Source: Octopus sinensis
Lineage: Eukaryota
DNA: 64,000 bases
Reading direction: 5' to 3'
NCBI RefSeq assembly: GCF_006345805.1
Contig: NC_043007.1
Coordinates: 65,286,001-65,350,000 of the forward strand
Under the pieces are notes generated by a model. The model was not told the origin of the DNA. It saw only the letters and a program-made list of their open reading frames with translations, and searched no databases. Of the stretch, positions 63,071 to 64,000 are shown piece after piece. A program made the translations under genes and the position numbers. Every line of letters begins with the position of its first letter. The stretch's first letter is position 1.

Positions 63071-64000
63071 AGAGAGGGTGGGTAACGACGCTGGCGCGAG
63101 TGGGGCTTTGATCAATTTAGATCAGAGTAAAGCCTTCGATAGGGTCGACCATCGGTACCTGGCAGCTGTTCTCAAGGCAGCTGGCTTCGGTCCAGTCTTC
63201 CGCGGGTGGATCGCTGCTTTATACAGCAACATCTGCTCGGTGATACGGGGTGAACGGTTACCTTTCGGAACCGTTTGACATCTCGCGTTCGGTCCGCCAA
63301 GGATGCCCTCTCTCCTCCCTCTTGTACATATTGACTCTCGAGCCATTACTGCGCAAGTTGGAGGCTTTGAGGGGTATCCCGCGCGATCTAGGAGACGGAA
63401 ACAGCGTGTCTGCCTATGCCGACGACGTCACCGTGATGGTGTCGAGCCACAGGCACATTGACCTGATTGGCGAGACACTAAACGAGTACGAAGCGGTGAC
63501 AGGGGCAAAGATTAACGCGGAAAAGTTTGTGGGCTTGCAACTGGGCACCTGGAGAGGCAAGCCCATGCCGTCCAACAGCGTTGTAGGGCGCTGGACAGAC
63601 GGACCCGTTAAACTGCTCAGGGTCTGGTTCGGTCCGGACCTCCAGGTGGATAAAAACTGGGAAGAAGTGACGAGCAGGGTGGCACGTCTCACCCAGAAAT
63701 GGGCCGAGAGGAAGCTGTCCCTGAAAGGTCAAGCGGAGGTTGCGAATGCGTACATCGCATCCGTCGTCTATTACCGCTTGACCGTCGTCCCTTGTTCCGA
63801 CCGCTGGTTGGCCAAGCTGGTACGCCTGCTCTTCGACTTTTTGTGGTAGGGTCAGGTGCCACTGGTCAGGCGATCCATCTGCTGTCAACGACCGCTGAAC
63901 GGAGGCCTTGGCATGCCGTAGTTACTGATGCGCAGACATGCGCTCAGGCAGCGACATCTCAAGCGTTTCCAAGACGGTGAACAGGTGTGGTCATCTTTTG
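63071..64000 (+). pseudogene. Tx1/L1-clade LINE reverse transcriptase, 5'-truncated, runs off the window
   Basis: LINLDQSKAFDRVDH, RSVRQGCPLSSLLY, AYADDVTV, GAKIN, GGLGMP; one frameshift in the G-run at 63247-63250 and stops at 63847 and 63919. Confidence 0.93.

Noticed and set aside
62661-63278. 205-aa ORF as a single gene
   Set aside because: It is a chance fusion of antisense Dong sequence, (ATT)n poly-Ile and the start of the Tx1 RT fragment.

Overview
This is repeat-dense eukaryotic DNA, not prokaryotic. The SINE families resemble ones I associate with octopus or other cephalopod genomes; that assignment is an inference and no search was run. I found no host protein-coding exon, rRNA, true tRNA or CRISPR array, so the window looks intergenic or intronic. 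Most ORFs in the supplied track are translated microsatellites. The window is a mosaic of microsatellites, about four SINE families, Tc1/mariner relics and MITEs, Helitrons (one decayed RepHel element and two non-autonomous copies), LINE fragments (CR1-group, R4/Dong, Tx1/L1), Penelope-like (PLE) relics, and a 100-N gap. The most striking signal is a set of type I hammerhead-ribozyme (HHR) motifs. At 56228-57592 a non-coding 479-bp unit lies in a head-to-tail array plus an inverted copy, and each unit carries an identical HHR with unmutated core boxes. This is a retrozyme-like or non-autonomous PLE arrangement. A second copy of the family at 42891-43248 folds back 11-16 nt from the predicted self-cleavage site. 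Several other near-perfect fold-backs share the same layout: HHR motif near the centre, AT-rich tails pointing outward, mostly ending in (TA)n. All coordinates and RNA folds were read by eye and may be off by a few bases.
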